DNA of 62,949 bases, the filler included, from Neolecta irregularis DAH-3 (Eukaryota), in the NCBI GenBank assembly GCA_001929475.1. It is 16 parts of 16 records of this genome, joined end to end, with 100 filler letters (N's around TTAATTAATTAA, not from the genome) between each part and the next. Parts side by side here need not be neighbours in the genome. Positions count along the whole stretch, not along the records: positions 1 to 4,129 come from LXFE01001678.1; positions 4,230 to 6,113 come from LXFE01001680.1; positions 6,214 to 7,429 come from LXFE01001693.1; positions 7,530 to 11,085 come from LXFE01001695.1; positions 11,186 to 12,938 come from LXFE01001700.1; 11 more parts are not named here. One strand, given 5' to 3'. The position numbers were made by a program, and so were the translations under genes. Shown here piece by piece: positions 1 through 13,038 of the stretch (the first letter of the stretch is position 1; each line of letters begins with the position of its first letter). Below the pieces are notes generated by a model. It ran no database searches. It was not told where the DNA came from and was given only the letters and a program-made list of their open reading frames with translations.

Positions 1-390
1 CGCCCGCCCGTCTCGCGCGCCTGGCGCGTCTCTCCCACCTCGCGCCCCATCTCCCCCGCCTCGCCCGCCTCACCAGCCCGTCCCGCGCGTACTGTTCCGC
101 CTCGCCCGTCTCGCGCGTCCCTCCCGTGCCTTCTGTCCCTTCCTTCCCGCCCGACCCACCCGTCCTGCCTCGCTCCCCTTGTCCGACTCTCCTACCCGCC
201 TGACTTGCTTGCCTTTCCCGCCACGTGCGCCCCGCATCCATCTCTCCTACCTCGCGCTCCGATCTCGCCCGTCTCTCCCACCTCGCGTGCCCACCTCATG
301 CTCCTGTCTTGCGCGCTCCTTTGGCCTGTTTGTCCCACCCATCGTTGCCCACCTTGCCCACCCGCTTGTCAGTTCCCTTGCTAATATTTA
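1..390. repeat. Low-complexity C/T-rich degenerate repeat (CTCGCCCG-like units)
   Basis: Repeated cctcgcccgtctcgcgcg-like motifs; similar texture at 58590-58830; no credible protein. Confidence 0.5.
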
Positions 391-1166
391 GATAGATATG
401 GTTTTATTCTAACCTAAGTATGTGAACTTGGTTAGTACGCGGAATCCTACAAGACTATATACCCCCCAATATTAATGTCCGTAAATAAGAAACATCTTCA
501 CGTGTACGGTAAGAACTATTGTTCTTACAAAGAGTATTCTCACGATCAGAGTTGACGGTCACAACATTGTCATCTACTTGGCATATTCCTAGTCGATCTG
601 TATTTTGCTTCAAGGCATCCGATGGCATGATGAGCTGAATTACATGAAATTCTCGTCAACCTCGTGATCTGAGCTATGTTGTCCTCTAGGTTCAGCAGAA
701 TCCATGGGACCACAACAAGATTCGTGGCGGCCCTGATTCACCTCTCCTGCTTCACCATGCTGAACATAGTGCCTGATTTTCTGACAAGTCTTGAACCTCA
801 TAAGTGACCCATTGCTGAACTTTGGCATATCCATACCCTTATTCATTTTTTATTCGCTAGTGTATCGCCTGGTGATACTGACCTTGATTAAACGAACTAC
901 AGATTTTATTGAACAATCCCCTTTCAGTCTTGACATACTAAGTGGTATTCCGACTATGTTGAACTATGCAGCATATGAGCATCAAAAAATATCCAACTTT
1001 TTGGCAATGAAATATATTCAATTAGTTGATTATTATTTCATTCTGCATTTCACTACTTTGTCGAAATTTGGTTCTTCGAAATTGGGTATGAACCTGGGCA
1101 AAATATTCATCTGATGTTGAATCCAGTCCGCTGGATTCGCATAAACCCCGCAATATTTCAGTAGAC

Positions 1167-3332
1167 ATGGATCAAAATGACCATATTAGGGAGGCTGCTA
1201 AGAACTGGCTCGCTTGGGATCAGGTAATTTCCTGCTTAAAGGAGTCTGATACTTATTATATGGAATGAATCAACTCGAACTGAAATCAAATCTCTTCTTG
1301 ATTCAGACGCCTTTGGTGAACTTTCTGACCGACTGCTATCGAGAATTGGGTTTGGTACTGCTGGTCTTCGGGGACGCATGCAAGCCGGCTTTGCCCATAT
1401 GAATGATTTGACAGTCATTCAAGCATCTCAAGTTGTCAATTGGCTATTTCTCAGATCTGATGAGTCAAGGGACTTTGTGCTTATATCCTTGGCAAAATTC
1501 CTGACGCCGCTGAAAAGGGCGTAGTTCTGGGCCATGACCACAGACATAATTCAGAGCAGTTCTTTTTATTGTCTGCTGCTGCTTTCCTCCACAAAGGCGT
1601 CAAGGTTCATTATTATCAAGATTATATCCATACCCCACTTGTTGTATGTGGGAAAGATGAACAAATTCAAGGGTTAATCATGATAGCCTTATGCCGTTAC
1701 TACTCTTGGAGCGGCCTGTGGTGTCATGATTACTGCTTCACACGTATGATAACCATTAATTATCATGACTCTAAGCGTTAGAACCCCGCCGCCGATAACG
1801 GTATCTGTACATATAGATACATAACTAAACTTTAGGCTACAAAGTGTAATTCAGAGGTTGAAGACATTGTTTCTCATTCCTTTGCAGGTACTGGTCGAAT
1901 GGGTGTCAAATTCTTCCACCTCATGATTCCGGCATTGCCAGTTCAATTCTCGAAAATTTGGAGCCATGGACATGGGGCTCGTGTTCTATTAAGAACAACC
2001 ACCTTGCTAGAGACTGTTCTGACTCTGTTCAAGAGTCTTATTTCTCGTCTTTACAAAGACTTCCTCTAAACAGGTTTTTCTTTCATTATGGTGTAAATCT
2101 AAAGCTCACAGGTTATGTGAATCTTACGAAAAGATCAAGTATGTGTATACACCTATGCATGGCACTGGTCTTCCATTTGCCAAGAGAGCATTTGTGGAAG
2201 CAGGGTTTGAGGATGGTATGATCTTGGTAGAACAACAAGCTTCCCCGGATCCCAATTTCTCTACCGTTAAATTTCCAAATCCCGAAGAGAGTGGAGCTTT
2301 AGTATGCGAATTACGTCAAAATTTAAAAATTTAATACCTGTAGGATTTAGCGATGAGGACTGCAGATTCTCACAATGTTGATATCGTTATCGCTAATGAT
2401 CCTGATGCGGATCGATTCAACGCAGCTGAGAAACACAAGTATGTATTGTTTTCGAGAGCTTGACCGATTTTTGATAGCGGTAAGTGGAAAATCATCAGTG
2501 GAAATCAACTCGGCGTTTTATTTGGCTATTATATTTTTCAAAAGTACAAGAATACGTGCTCTGGTTCGCTTAAAAAGTTGATAATGTTATCATCCGCCGT
2601 ATCAACTCGAATGCTCGGTAAGATTGCCGCTGCTGAGGGATTCTGTTGGGAAGAACGGCTTACCGGGTTCAAGCATCTCGGTAATGGAGCGCTTGAGCTC
2701 CAGGATCAAGGATACGATTGCCCATTTGCTTTCGAAGAGGCAATTGGCTATATGATCGGTGATATTGTCCGAGACAAAGACGGTGTCAGCGCTGCTGTAC
2801 AATTTCTCGAGATTGTCAAAGTTTTGAAAGCAACTGGGCAGACCGTTTGCGGACAATTGGAACAGTTATATGAAAAGTACGATATATTTTTGCAAGCATC
2901 TCACAGCCTAGATATGGATACTACGAGTCTTGTAATTCGTATTATATCTGCAATGATAGGCGAAGAATGCAAGATATCTTCAACTCAATTCGATATCAGT
3001 CCATTGATCGATCACATGTATCCTTTCCAACTCATGTTGGAAAACGTCAAATTTTGAAGGTTAGAGATCTTACTGTTGGATATGATTCATCAACGCCTGA
3101 CAACAAACCTCTCCTTCCCGTATCGTCCTCGTCACAGATGATTACGTTTGAGCTGGAAGACGATGTCGTTATCACGATAAGAGGATCTGGGACGGAACCA
3201 AAACTCAAGTATTATATAGAGGCGAAAGGGGAGAGTACTGACAAGGCGAGGAAGACTGCTGAAGAAGTGGATAAGGACATAGAGAAAGAATGGTTTTCTG
3301 CAGAAACAACGGGGTTGCGGAGGGACGATTGA
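1167..3332 (+). CDS. PGM2: Phosphoglucomutase-2/phosphopentomutase-type alpha-D-phosphohexomutase, about 9 introns
   Basis: Spliced motifs [67 protein letters not shown]. Confidence 0.95.
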
Positions 3333-4129
3333 TCAAGAAGGGTGGAACCTTGTAGCCGAAGAGTCTATGCGAGGTGAATATCTCAGATGCAGAGAGAACT
3401 CTCAAACACGACTTTGTGTTGGACGGCCAGTTATCTACTTTGTTCACTGGATCTTATTGAGTGCAAATGTCGATTCTGACCCAATTAGGCTGCATGGAAT
3501 AGCAGTTTGACGTTAAGACCTTTGACGAAGAGCTGGAACGTAGCGTCCGTAACAGGCGATTGCAAATTTGCGGTTTGGAATACAGTCTCATTGTCTGGAA
3601 CCGTGGAGGCTTAATGTGATATAAGGTCGGGTTCGGGTTTCGTAGTGGGAAAATAATAACTGTGTTTGGGAGATTGGTATCATGGGCCGCGGGTGAACAA
3701 TCAAATGAAAAGGCTTGAAGTATCTTCGATTTCTTATTCGAGAGGGATATCTAGAAGAGGACGGTCTAACCTCTCATATCCTCCACAGAACACGAGCCAT
3801 AAAAGGAGAAAAAATACAAACCAAAAATCGGGGGTATGCCTGGACTAACTCTCCCTAACCGACGATGACCTGTGTTAAATATTTGGGGCCACTAGCAGCG
3901 GTTGGGGGTCATCCGGGCATCCTGGACCCCATGGGAAGATGACTGAGATTCGTGGAACATTGAATTCTGAAGAGCATATTGCCGCATGTTGGTAGAAATA
4001 TTAAGAGGGGCGGGTATGGGTATTTATGGGGCTAGCTAATATAGAAATAATAATAGAGATGATGTGTGGGGACATAATCATGCCCCACGATCCGACCGTA
4101 CTGGCGCCTAGCAGCACAAGCGACTATGA

Positions 4130-4229
4130 NNNNNNNNNNNNNNNNNNNNNNNNNNNNNNNNNNNNNNNNNNNNTTAATTAATTAANNNNNNNNNNNNNNN
4201 NNNNNNNNNNNNNNNNNNNNNNNNNNNNN
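4130..4229. other. Artificial scaffold linker (44N-TTAATTAATTAA-44N), first of 15
   Basis: Identical 100-bp spacers with six-frame stops also at 6114, 7430, 11086, 12939, 14934, 24834, 26221, 40232, 41730, 50728, 52161, 54245, 57361 and 59160; 10-N gaps at 11359 and 44165. Confidence 0.98.
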
Positions 4230-4304
4230 CATTTTTATTCTCATTTTCAACATTCCATTTTCAACATTCCATTTTCAACATTCCATTTCAAATCAACCTC
4301 CACC

Positions 4305-5205
4305 ATGTCTGACGAAATAATCTGGCAAGTAATCAACCAAGATTTCTGCTCCTACAAACTAAAGTACAATCCCCTTTTTCTATCTAATTCTCTGAACTAC
4401 AACCCAAAACTTTTGTCGCAACGAATACAACGTCTCAGGACTATGTAATCGGCAATCATGTCCCCTTGCCAACTCAAAATACGCTACAATCAGAGAAAAA
4501 AACGGCATTTGTTACTTGTATATGAAAACTGCAGAACGCGCACACATGCCCAGTAAACTCTGGGAACGCATAAAATTAAAAGCAAACTATGAACAAGCCT
4601 TACAACAGGTTCGCTTAACCCTCCCTTCCAATTCACCAAATAGATAGACGATCGCTTGCTCTACTGGCCTAATTTCTTGATCCATAGATGCAAACAACGC
4701 CTTACTAAAATTACTCAATACCTGATAAAATCACGAAAACTCGCAGCCTCAAAACAACCGGTACTCATTGGAATCAAACCCAAAATCGAAAAGAGAGAAA
4801 AGTCACGCGAAAACAAGGCCTTGGCTGCTGCAAAACTGGAAAAGGCTATTGAAAAGGAACTCGTCGAGCGGTTGAAGAGCGGAGCGTATGGCGAGATGCC
4901 ATTAAATGTCCACGAACAAGTCTGGAAAAAGGTCCTACAACAGCGTGAAGCCGACACCCAAGAAATAACCGATGACGAAGAAATCGATCAACCCGATCAC
5001 GAGGAAGCAGAATTTATAAGTGAAGATGACCAAAGCGATCTCGAATGGTTTATACACGACCAAGAGGAATTAAACCACCAGTCTACAAAACGGAAATCGC
5101 AGAAATCAATAAATCGCCCAAGAAAACGTATATCCTTTATAATCATTCCTAACAATAGGTGTCGAAATTGAATACGAAGAGGAACGCGAAGCGATACTAA
5201 ATTAA
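4305..5205 (+). CDS. MAK16: 60S ribosome biogenesis protein Mak16, 3 introns
   Basis: [51 protein letters not shown]...[12 protein letters not shown]...VEIEYEEE. Confidence 0.96.
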
Positions 5206-6214
5206 ATACCATACAAACCCTCGTATCTATCCATACATTTCCATGTGAAATCTTTTATCCGTTTGCATTTCTACCATAAGAACTAAAACATATCCCATTC
5301 GTTTTTAATCAGTTGCCAGTGACAATTTGATGTATTGACGATGAGGACTTATCCCTACTTGGGACTGTCTCGACACTAATCGATCTCATGTAGTATTCTG
5401 AAATGTTTGGATTGAATATAACATACCAGCATCGTTTCTTATTTCCCGCAGTCGACGCATCTTTCAGTGACGACTACTTTCAACTATGTGACATCTACTA
5501 TCCAGGTACTCCATGAGACATCAAATCATACATCAGAGAATTAATTCCAGTTTGACTAGTTTAAGGAACAATAGCTTCAACAGGTTGCACGATCATTTCT
5601 TAAAGTTTAAGCTTACGGTACAGCTCACATTGCTCTTCTGATCCAGGCCTCAATTGATTCGTCGTATCTCCAGTAGATGGCAACCTCTTCCGAGACAAAT
5701 TCGTCATCCTTGCAGTTTAACATGCATCTAGTATTACTAAAGTACTTGGCGGAAGTACAATGCGACTCGGTTTATAGTACGTGATGGTTAGGTTCGCGTA
5801 CAATCGGGAAACATTTCCAAAGTCCGGGTTACCTTGGAGGGGATGACTAGGATAGATAGTAAATTGAAGAGAAACGCGCACAACTCTTCCAAGACTCACC
5901 AAATTCGACAGGATAGAGATTTAATCCAAAGGTAGCTCGGCGAATTTCATCATGAATTATTCCAGCGTTTGATGTATATCTTTGTCGCCTAAAAAGTTGT
6001 AACTGCAGCAGGTAAGAGAGCAGGCTGGCCCTCTCATACCACAACACAGGAGCGTATGGATGATTGTTGGGCACTGTCAGTGAAGTGAATAGCCACATAG
6101 CACAAGGCGAGGGNNNNNNNNNNNNNNNNNNNNNNNNNNNNNNNNNNNNNNNNNNNNTTAATTAATTAANNNNNNNNNNNNNNNNNNNNNNNNNNNNNNN
6201 NNNNNNNNNNNNNC

Positions 6215-6331
6215 CACAGAGACATAAAACCACAAAACCTCCTCCTCAACCCCGCCACAGGCGTCCTCAAGCTCTGCGATTTTGGCTCAGCCAAAATCCT
6301 CGTCGCCGGCGAACCAAACGTCACTCTATAA
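6215..6331 (+). pseudogene. Truncated GSK-3 kinase fragment
   Basis: [36 protein letters not shown] then TL-stop, where GSK-3 continues SYICSRYYRAPE. Confidence 0.75.
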
Positions 6332-6582
6332 TCCCGCTCTGTGATCCACAGTCGCTCTCGCAGCCTTCCGATGCCCAGCCGGCTTCTTCTGTGCCACTGG
6401 TGTCTCACTTGCTGCTTCGCTTAGATCACGGGTAAAGTCGCTACGGCGGCCTAGTACACCCACCGCGAGACAGGTGTGAGACAAGGAGCGACAAAAAGGT
6501 GGGAGTGTCTGGAACGTCTATTAAATACGGCCCGCCCAGCTTACATCTACACAATCCTCTACCCGCAGATACAACTATTCAC

Positions 6583-7429
6583 ATGTTGCCAAAGCTCTTC
6601 TTGCTCTTTCTGTCTTCATCGATGGGGTATTTGACCCATTTCACAGATATCACAACTCGATTTAAACACACTGGTGGCTACTACACTGGTCCATCACAAA
6701 TCGTTGACAACAACACAACAGACGAGCAAGAAGTAGAAGCTTACTGTGCGAAAGCATGCCTTGAGGCCAAATATTTCTGCAAAGTGTTCATGGTTATGAC
6801 GAAACCGTTACCATTCTGCACACTGTTTGCGAAGCCGGTATCAGAATTAGTCTATCATCATGAGAAAACTTGTGGCCCACTAACAATATTCGAGTAAGTG
6901 CTTGTTACAAAGGGTGAATTTTGACAATCTAGGCTTTCAAAATCAGAATATGTTGAACCCATTGTGGACAGATTTTCTCATAATCTTCATCCAGAATCTC
7001 AATGGATTGAAGAAGGGTATGGTTTCGGCTATCTTGAAAAGGAGTATGGTTCAACAAAAATGTCAAAAGGCATCTTCGAGAATATCATGAAGGGTTACAC
7101 ACTTGCCACGAAGAGCCAACCATCAACAGCACTCGCTAGAAATTTTCTTCGAATAGCAGCTTCTGAACTTGAAGCATTTTCTGACCAGGAGGGCGCCAAG
7201 CCAACTGCAGAATCCATTGCCAACATTTTGTTTACTTTTCTGGATCTATTCTGTCCGCATCTTCATCAAAACATAAAGACTATTTACGATCCAACCAAAA
7301 ACCAACTTTTCATCACTGGACCGAATATCCACATACTAGTCGTTTCATTCGGGCCTAGTGATTATGCGATAGTACAAGACGTGCCTAACGACCCAGGAAA
7401 GTCTTTGGTTTTTGTATCAAATAAACGAA
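6583..7429 (+). CDS. Secreted PAN/Apple-like domain family protein, member 1 (3' truncated by linker)
   Basis: Signal peptide MLPKLFLLFLSSSMG; CAKACLEAKYFCKVF..CTLF; phase-2 GT-AG intron 6894-6932; paralogous C-terminal domain. Confidence 0.85.
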
Positions 7430-7604
7430 NNNNNNNNNNNNNNNNNNNNNNNNNNNNNNNNNNNNNNNNNNNNTTAATTAATTAANNNNNNNNNNNNNNN
7501 NNNNNNNNNNNNNNNNNNNNNNNNNNNNNCTGTCTCCCTGCCGCCCCGCCCCGCGCACATGCACCCGCACCCGCACCCGCCCCCGCCTGACCCGCCACAT
7601 CCAG

Positions 7605-8386
7605 TTTCACACAGACGTCCGCCCGCCCTTCCACGGCACAGTCTCCCTCCGGCCCCCGCCCGCCCTCTTCCGCAATCCCCTCAGGAAACTCCTCCCCCTC
7701 CTCTACGACTTCGACTCGGAGGCAGAGTGGCTCGATGACGACGACGACCCCGGCGAAGACCTCCTCAGCGACGAGGAAGATGACGTCGACAGCGTCCTCT
7801 CCGAAGAAGATCAGCGCTTCCTCGACGACGACGGTGACACAGACGACCCCGGCAGACGCCGCCCCATCCTCGATCTCGCTCCCTGCATCCAGGGTCCCTG
7901 CGCAGAAGGCCTCATCACTGTCGGCGTCTGCGAATGCCTACTCGGTAGCCCTGCCCTTCCCCCCTCCCTCCCTTGTCTAATGTCCAGACTGCCCCCCTCC
8001 CAGCGGCATAGATCCCTTCCATGACTACTGGGCAGACAACCCCCTGGAGGAAATCCCCTCAATGCCCCCGCCAGACACTTGTCTCCTCCCCTCTACCCTA
8101 AAAAAGAAGCTCCAAGCATTCCCACAAGACAAACTCGTCGATTTCATTCGCCTCATAAAAGGCTCCCAAGAACCAAAAATCCTGCTTGTCCAGGTCTTGA
8201 AAAAACAGTACCCCCTTCCCTTCCCATCTCTCCATAACCACTCTCAGCTTTCCATCCATCACAAAAGCCATCATCGCCGAAAAACTCGGCAAAGTTGCCA
8301 AAAGAACAGGCAGAAAAGAATCAGATGTTTGGGTCCTCACCCCAGAAATGGAACTGGCCCTCTCATATGCATCTGGACAAACTTAA
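7605..8386 (+). CDS. RLF2: Chromatin assembly factor-1 large subunit (Cac1/Pcf1), 3' part
   Basis: FHTDVRPPFHGT...RNPL...YDFDSEAEWLDDDDDPGEDL acidic CAF1A motif; C-terminal winged-helix-like segment; 5' end lost at linker. Confidence 0.8.
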
Positions 8387-8569
8387 AGCCACACGACATT
8401 GTGCTGGACGCAGACTGTCTCCCTCGAACTAGTTTTCTAACTGCATCTGTTTACAACGCAAAACAAGTAAATTAATTCCCATTTGCTATATATTTATGTA
8501 TATCAATTGTTCATCTGTACATACCAATCTCAAAACCCCCCTCGGAAATTTCTTTTCAACCCTCAACAA

Positions 8570-9016
8570 ATGCCCTCCTCTGACGCCGGGTCTCCAAATC
8601 AACACCATGCAGACATAAAAGCCAACCCTCAACCCCAAACACATATAAACATTAAAGTACCTATTACCCATCTACCCTCGAAAATACTAACCGGAAAAAA
8701 GGTCGTTAGTCCTGTAGGCTCTCCCCTTTTCCCTCTTGCATACAGCATTGATTCTCACAAACAAAGGACAGCCAAGAAGTATTTTTTAAAATCCGTCGAG
8801 AAACGCCATTGAAGAAGTTGATGGATGCGTATCATGAACGAACAGGTCGAACTACAGGAACAGTCCGGTTTCTGGTCGACGGGGAAAGAGTGAAACCAGA
8901 CGATACCCCGAATAGTGTATTTGCACTTGTACCTATGGATTGAGTTGAATAAATAGTTGGACATGGAGGACGGCGATCAAATCGAAGTAATGATTGAACA
9001 AGTCGGTGGACAATAA
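8570..9016 (+). CDS. SMT3: SUMO, 3 introns including a 12-nt micro-exon at 8702-8713
   Basis: HINIK|VVSP|DSQEVFFKIRRETPLKKLMDAY...VRFLVDGERVKPDDTPNS|LDMEDGDQIEVMIEQVGG-Q*. Confidence 0.93.
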
Positions 9017-9262
9017 TATAGTTATGGATTCGGAGAAATGGGGTGGATGCACTCGTTCGAGGAGCCTTGGTTTTAATGGATAAACAAAACACTTTTATGG
9101 ACAGTTTAATTGGTTGGCTACTTGCGAGTTTCTTCATCAATTCCATCGCTCATCAATATGTAGATACAAAAATGTTTCATGACTTGCTAATCGAACCCGG
9201 ACCCAAAATGTAATTCCTCCAAACCCGCCCTCTTTGCGACTTGGTTTTCCGTCTCTCGAGTG

Positions 9263-9887
9263 TCAATCCTCCCAGATTGCCCTCTTTGAGTCTTCGCGTT
9301 CCTTTTCCATTCTCCGTCTCTCGAGTTCACGCTGTTTGACAATTTCATTGTATTGTTTTTGCTGTTGTGTATCCCGACTACGAAGTCCCAAGGCTCCTGC
9401 AATCATTCGTCGAGCAACAGTGTCTGTCTTCAAAGGCCGTACATTCGACGGCGCACGATCCAAAGCCTTGCACCCAGTCATGATTGGCGATTCGGGAGAC
9501 CAAAATCTTACAGTTCCCAAATCCTTGGTCATCAAGTTCATATACTCGCTATACCGTTTCACGCCTAATTATCATTTTCAACGTACGTAAAACTAAAAAC
9601 ATACAAGTATCTCTTTCGAAAAAGACGAGTTTCATGCTATTATCGTTGATCCAGGATATGGAATACTCTTTCTTTTGAGGAAATACTTGATGAATGTGAT
9701 GATTTTGAGTACTGGTATCAAAACCAGTAAAATGCAAGATATTAGTAACATTGACCTCGTCTTTTTCAAAATTGTCCGTATCAACTAGTTTTTCCCAGGA
9801 ATCTTCTTCGCCTTGATCTTTATCATCATCATCGTGGTCGACTTGAGTTGTTTCAAGTTGGAAGACGACATCGTCAATGGAAGTCAT
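9263..9887 (-). CDS. R3HCC1-like protein (degenerate RRM + coiled coil), 1 intron
   Basis: ISWINDNSMKLVF RRM-like strand; RPLKTDTVARRMIAGALGL motif; K/E/R-rich tail ending in WED. Confidence 0.7.
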
Positions 9888-10833
9888 CGCATATCATCTT
9901 TTAATAACCCCGATAACTCCCAAAACAGAAATTAAATGCCGCCAAATATTATATTTTGTGTCTTTTTACATTTAACGGCATTTAAAAAAGCTTTTTCTTG
10001 CTATAAATAAGAGATGACTCGACTCCGATTGATCTTGCACCTCGCCTCTCCTGAGAGGGACGAGCGAGGGCACTATGAATACCAGGTACGTCTTTTTTTC
10101 ACTTTGCAGCCAAGACGTTTAGTAAATGATGAGCTCTACTTTCTTCTTTCCCCAACTTATCGACCATGGTGAAAATGAGAAATCCGAGTTGTTCGCACTT
10201 CTCGAGAAAATAAATACTTGCCAGTATACTTTTTCTGATACCCTCTTTACGTTTTCTCTGCATATCAATTTTATTTTTTGGAATTTTGCTGATTTGATTC
10301 AGGGTACGTTTATTCTTTTTCTTTTTAGATTTTCCTGCGGAGATACCCGATGATGAAAATTTTTACCATACATTCGCAGTTTCCTCTGTAGCCGGACGTT
10401 TGAACCCATTCTAGTCTGGTCAGTGACGGGAAGATACACTTCCTTGGATGTCTGAGGGTTATCCGTGATTTACTTTTAGTCTGAGTAGACTTGATGCTGA
10501 TTGTTTATAGACTTTTATGTTTACGAGTTATGGAATGATTATTCCCTTATAGAGATCTAGTTATGGCTGTGATTATTACATTTAGTTGTCGCTTATCATA
10601 TAATTTTGTCTCAAGTCCCGGCGGTCTCTTTCTGTTCTGCGTGCTGAAGTTACTACGTGCCATCAATCATCTAGTTTATATTATGCTTGAAATCTACTTG
10701 TACAAATCAAGTATTCCTCCCTGTACTATTCGTTACCAGAATCACCTCATCATTTCATGTTTATGCTGAATAGTGAACATTCCTTATAATTAGGAAGCAG
10801 GCGCTCCATCGTCATCGCTCAACAATCGACAAG

Positions 10834-11085
10834 ATGTCATCCCCAGTATTTTCACAAGCGTCAGATCTGTATCTTGCCCCCGGATTATTCCAGCGGAAAC
10901 TAAGTTAAAGTCCATCATGGAGGAAACTTCAAGATTACTACGGATCAACCGGAAAATCCTTGATTGTCAAAGACCTTTTCGCAAAAGATCCGAAACGATT
11001 CGAGCTGTTTTCGCGCGAATTCAACGGTAAAGACGGACCAATCTTGTTTGACTTCTCAAAGAATATCTTTGATGAGACTGCATTT
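10834..11085 (+). CDS. PGI1: Glucose-6-phosphate isomerase, N-terminus (truncated by linker)
   Basis: ASDL|PSWRKLQDYY...KDLFAKDPKRFELFSREF..ILFDFSKN. Confidence 0.88.
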
Positions 11086-11185
11086 NNNNNNNNNNNNNNN
11101 NNNNNNNNNNNNNNNNNNNNNNNNNNNNNTTAATTAATTAANNNNNNNNNNNNNNNNNNNNNNNNNNNNNNNNNNNNNNNNNNNN

Positions 11186-11358
11186 CTAGTGAACAGGGAT
11201 GGGGTACTGTTATACAACAGGAAGATGACGATGGGCATAGTTACACCTGTCGTTACGAATCAGGGACTTGGAACTCTGCCAAGCAGAAATATGCTACCAT
11301 ACAGAAGGAGTGTCTTGGCTTGGTAAAAGCTCTCAAGAAATTTCACTACTGGATCTTG
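11186..11358 (+). mobile_element. Ty3/Gypsy RNase H fragment, near-identical to 11949-12121
   Basis: 173 bp differing at 2 positions from the copy inside the pol ORF. Confidence 0.85.
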
Positions 11359-11548
11359 NNNNNNNNNNGATTCTTTGTATCATCTGAGATAATAGACTTG
11401 TTCATTGTTGCTTATTAAGTAACACAGCCTGGAGTGTCACAACATCCGCTAGTGCACCTTGTGTAACCTGATCGAGTTCATGTAACCATCGAGGATCTTA
11501 GCTGTTTACACTCACGGAGTCCGTCGATATGTCTTTCAACATATCCAG

Positions 11549-12790
11549 ATGGTTGCCAATGTCTTATCAGAATTGAAGAAAGGAAATCTCACCATCAGCA
11601 TCGATAAATCTCAATTTGGACATGATATAGTAAATTTCCTCAGTTACCATGTTGGAAAACATGGTCGAAGTCCAATGCCTAAGAAATTGGACAAGATCAT
11701 AGCCTGGGCACCATGTAGGGATGTTAAGGCAATAAGAGGGTTTATAGGGCTCTGTACATATTACAGAGTCTGGGTACAAGAATTTTCTCTGGTTATGAGA
11801 CCTCTATATGACCTCACCAAGAAATTCGCAAGCTTTCACTGGGGTCCTAGTGAGCAGCGCGCTATGGACCACATGAAGGAGCTGCTATGCAAGGCACATA
11901 TTCTTTGTGCACTGTATTATGATCATAGGATCATCATCATGACTGATGCTAGTGAACAGGGATGGGGTACTGTTATACAACAGGAAGATGACGATGGGCA
12001 TAGTTACACCTGTCATTACGAATCAGGGACTTGGAACTCTGCCAAGCAGAAATACGCTACCATACAGAAGGAGTGTCTTGGCTTGGTAAAAGCTCTCAAG
12101 AAATTTCACTACTGGATCTTGGGCAACAGGATTACAATTGAAACTGATGCCCACACCTTACTATGGATGGTAAATCAGTCACCCAAGGATATGCCGAATG
12201 CCATGATGGTCAGGTGGTTGGCCTTGATACGCATGTACGATTTCGAGATCAAACATGTGCCAGGTCATAAAAATTCATTAGCGGACTTCCTTTCCAGAGA
12301 GGGTAACAGTGGGGAGGAAGAGACCAAGGAGGTCTTAGATAGTTTCATTGATTCTTCATTAGGTAGTTTTTCTATTCAAGTTTGTAATTCTGGTGTTGTA
12401 AATGAACCCTTCGCAGAAAGTCACTACAAAGGGGAATATTTGGAGGTGGGAAGATGGTTGAGTACTCTGACGAATATACCAGGACTCACAAAGGAGAAAA
12501 TGAAACATAGAAAAGAAAAGAGGAAAAACTACTTTATTAAAAATGGAAAAATATATAAAAATACTGACAAAAGAGGAGGAATACCCAAAAGAGTAATTGG
12601 GTGTAAGAAAGATATTAAGAAGATATTGGAGTGTGCCCATGAGTCATTGGGACACCGGGGAGTTGAAGCAGTAATGAAACTGCTCAACAGGAAATACACA
12701 TGGAGGAAGATGTTTGATGACATTCGGGCTCATGTAAAGAGCTGTGACAAATGTCAGAAGAGGAGGACGAATCAGAATGTGGATGTAAGG
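11549..12790 (+). mobile_element. Ty3/Gypsy pol remnant (RT C-terminus, RNase H, integrase HHCC)
   Basis: IRGFIGLCTYYR, TDASEQGWG, TIETDA, IKHVPGHKNSLADFLSR, H-ESLG-H...CDKC; breaks off before the DDE core. Confidence 0.92.
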
Positions 12791-13038
12791 GATGGCAGCA
12801 CCTGTGGTGTGAACACCTGTACAAAGACCTTTACATTATACCTGTGGTTTGAACACCTGTACAAAGACAAGATGTCACACTCACAGCTACATAATATATA
12901 TATGTACAAATATGTATGTTAATTAGGAACCTTAATTCNNNNNNNNNNNNNNNNNNNNNNNNNNNNNNNNNNNNNNNNNNNNTTAATTAATTAANNNNNN
13001 NNNNNNNNNNNNNNNNNNNNNNNNNNNNNNNNNNNNNN

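Noticed and set aside
5250-6113. Degenerate minus-strand ORFs
   Set aside because: Interrupted by stops, and no family could be assigned
10014-10420. Possible small spliced gene (MTRLRLILHL...)
   Set aside because: Has an ATG and splice-like signals, but I could not build a convincing or recognisable product
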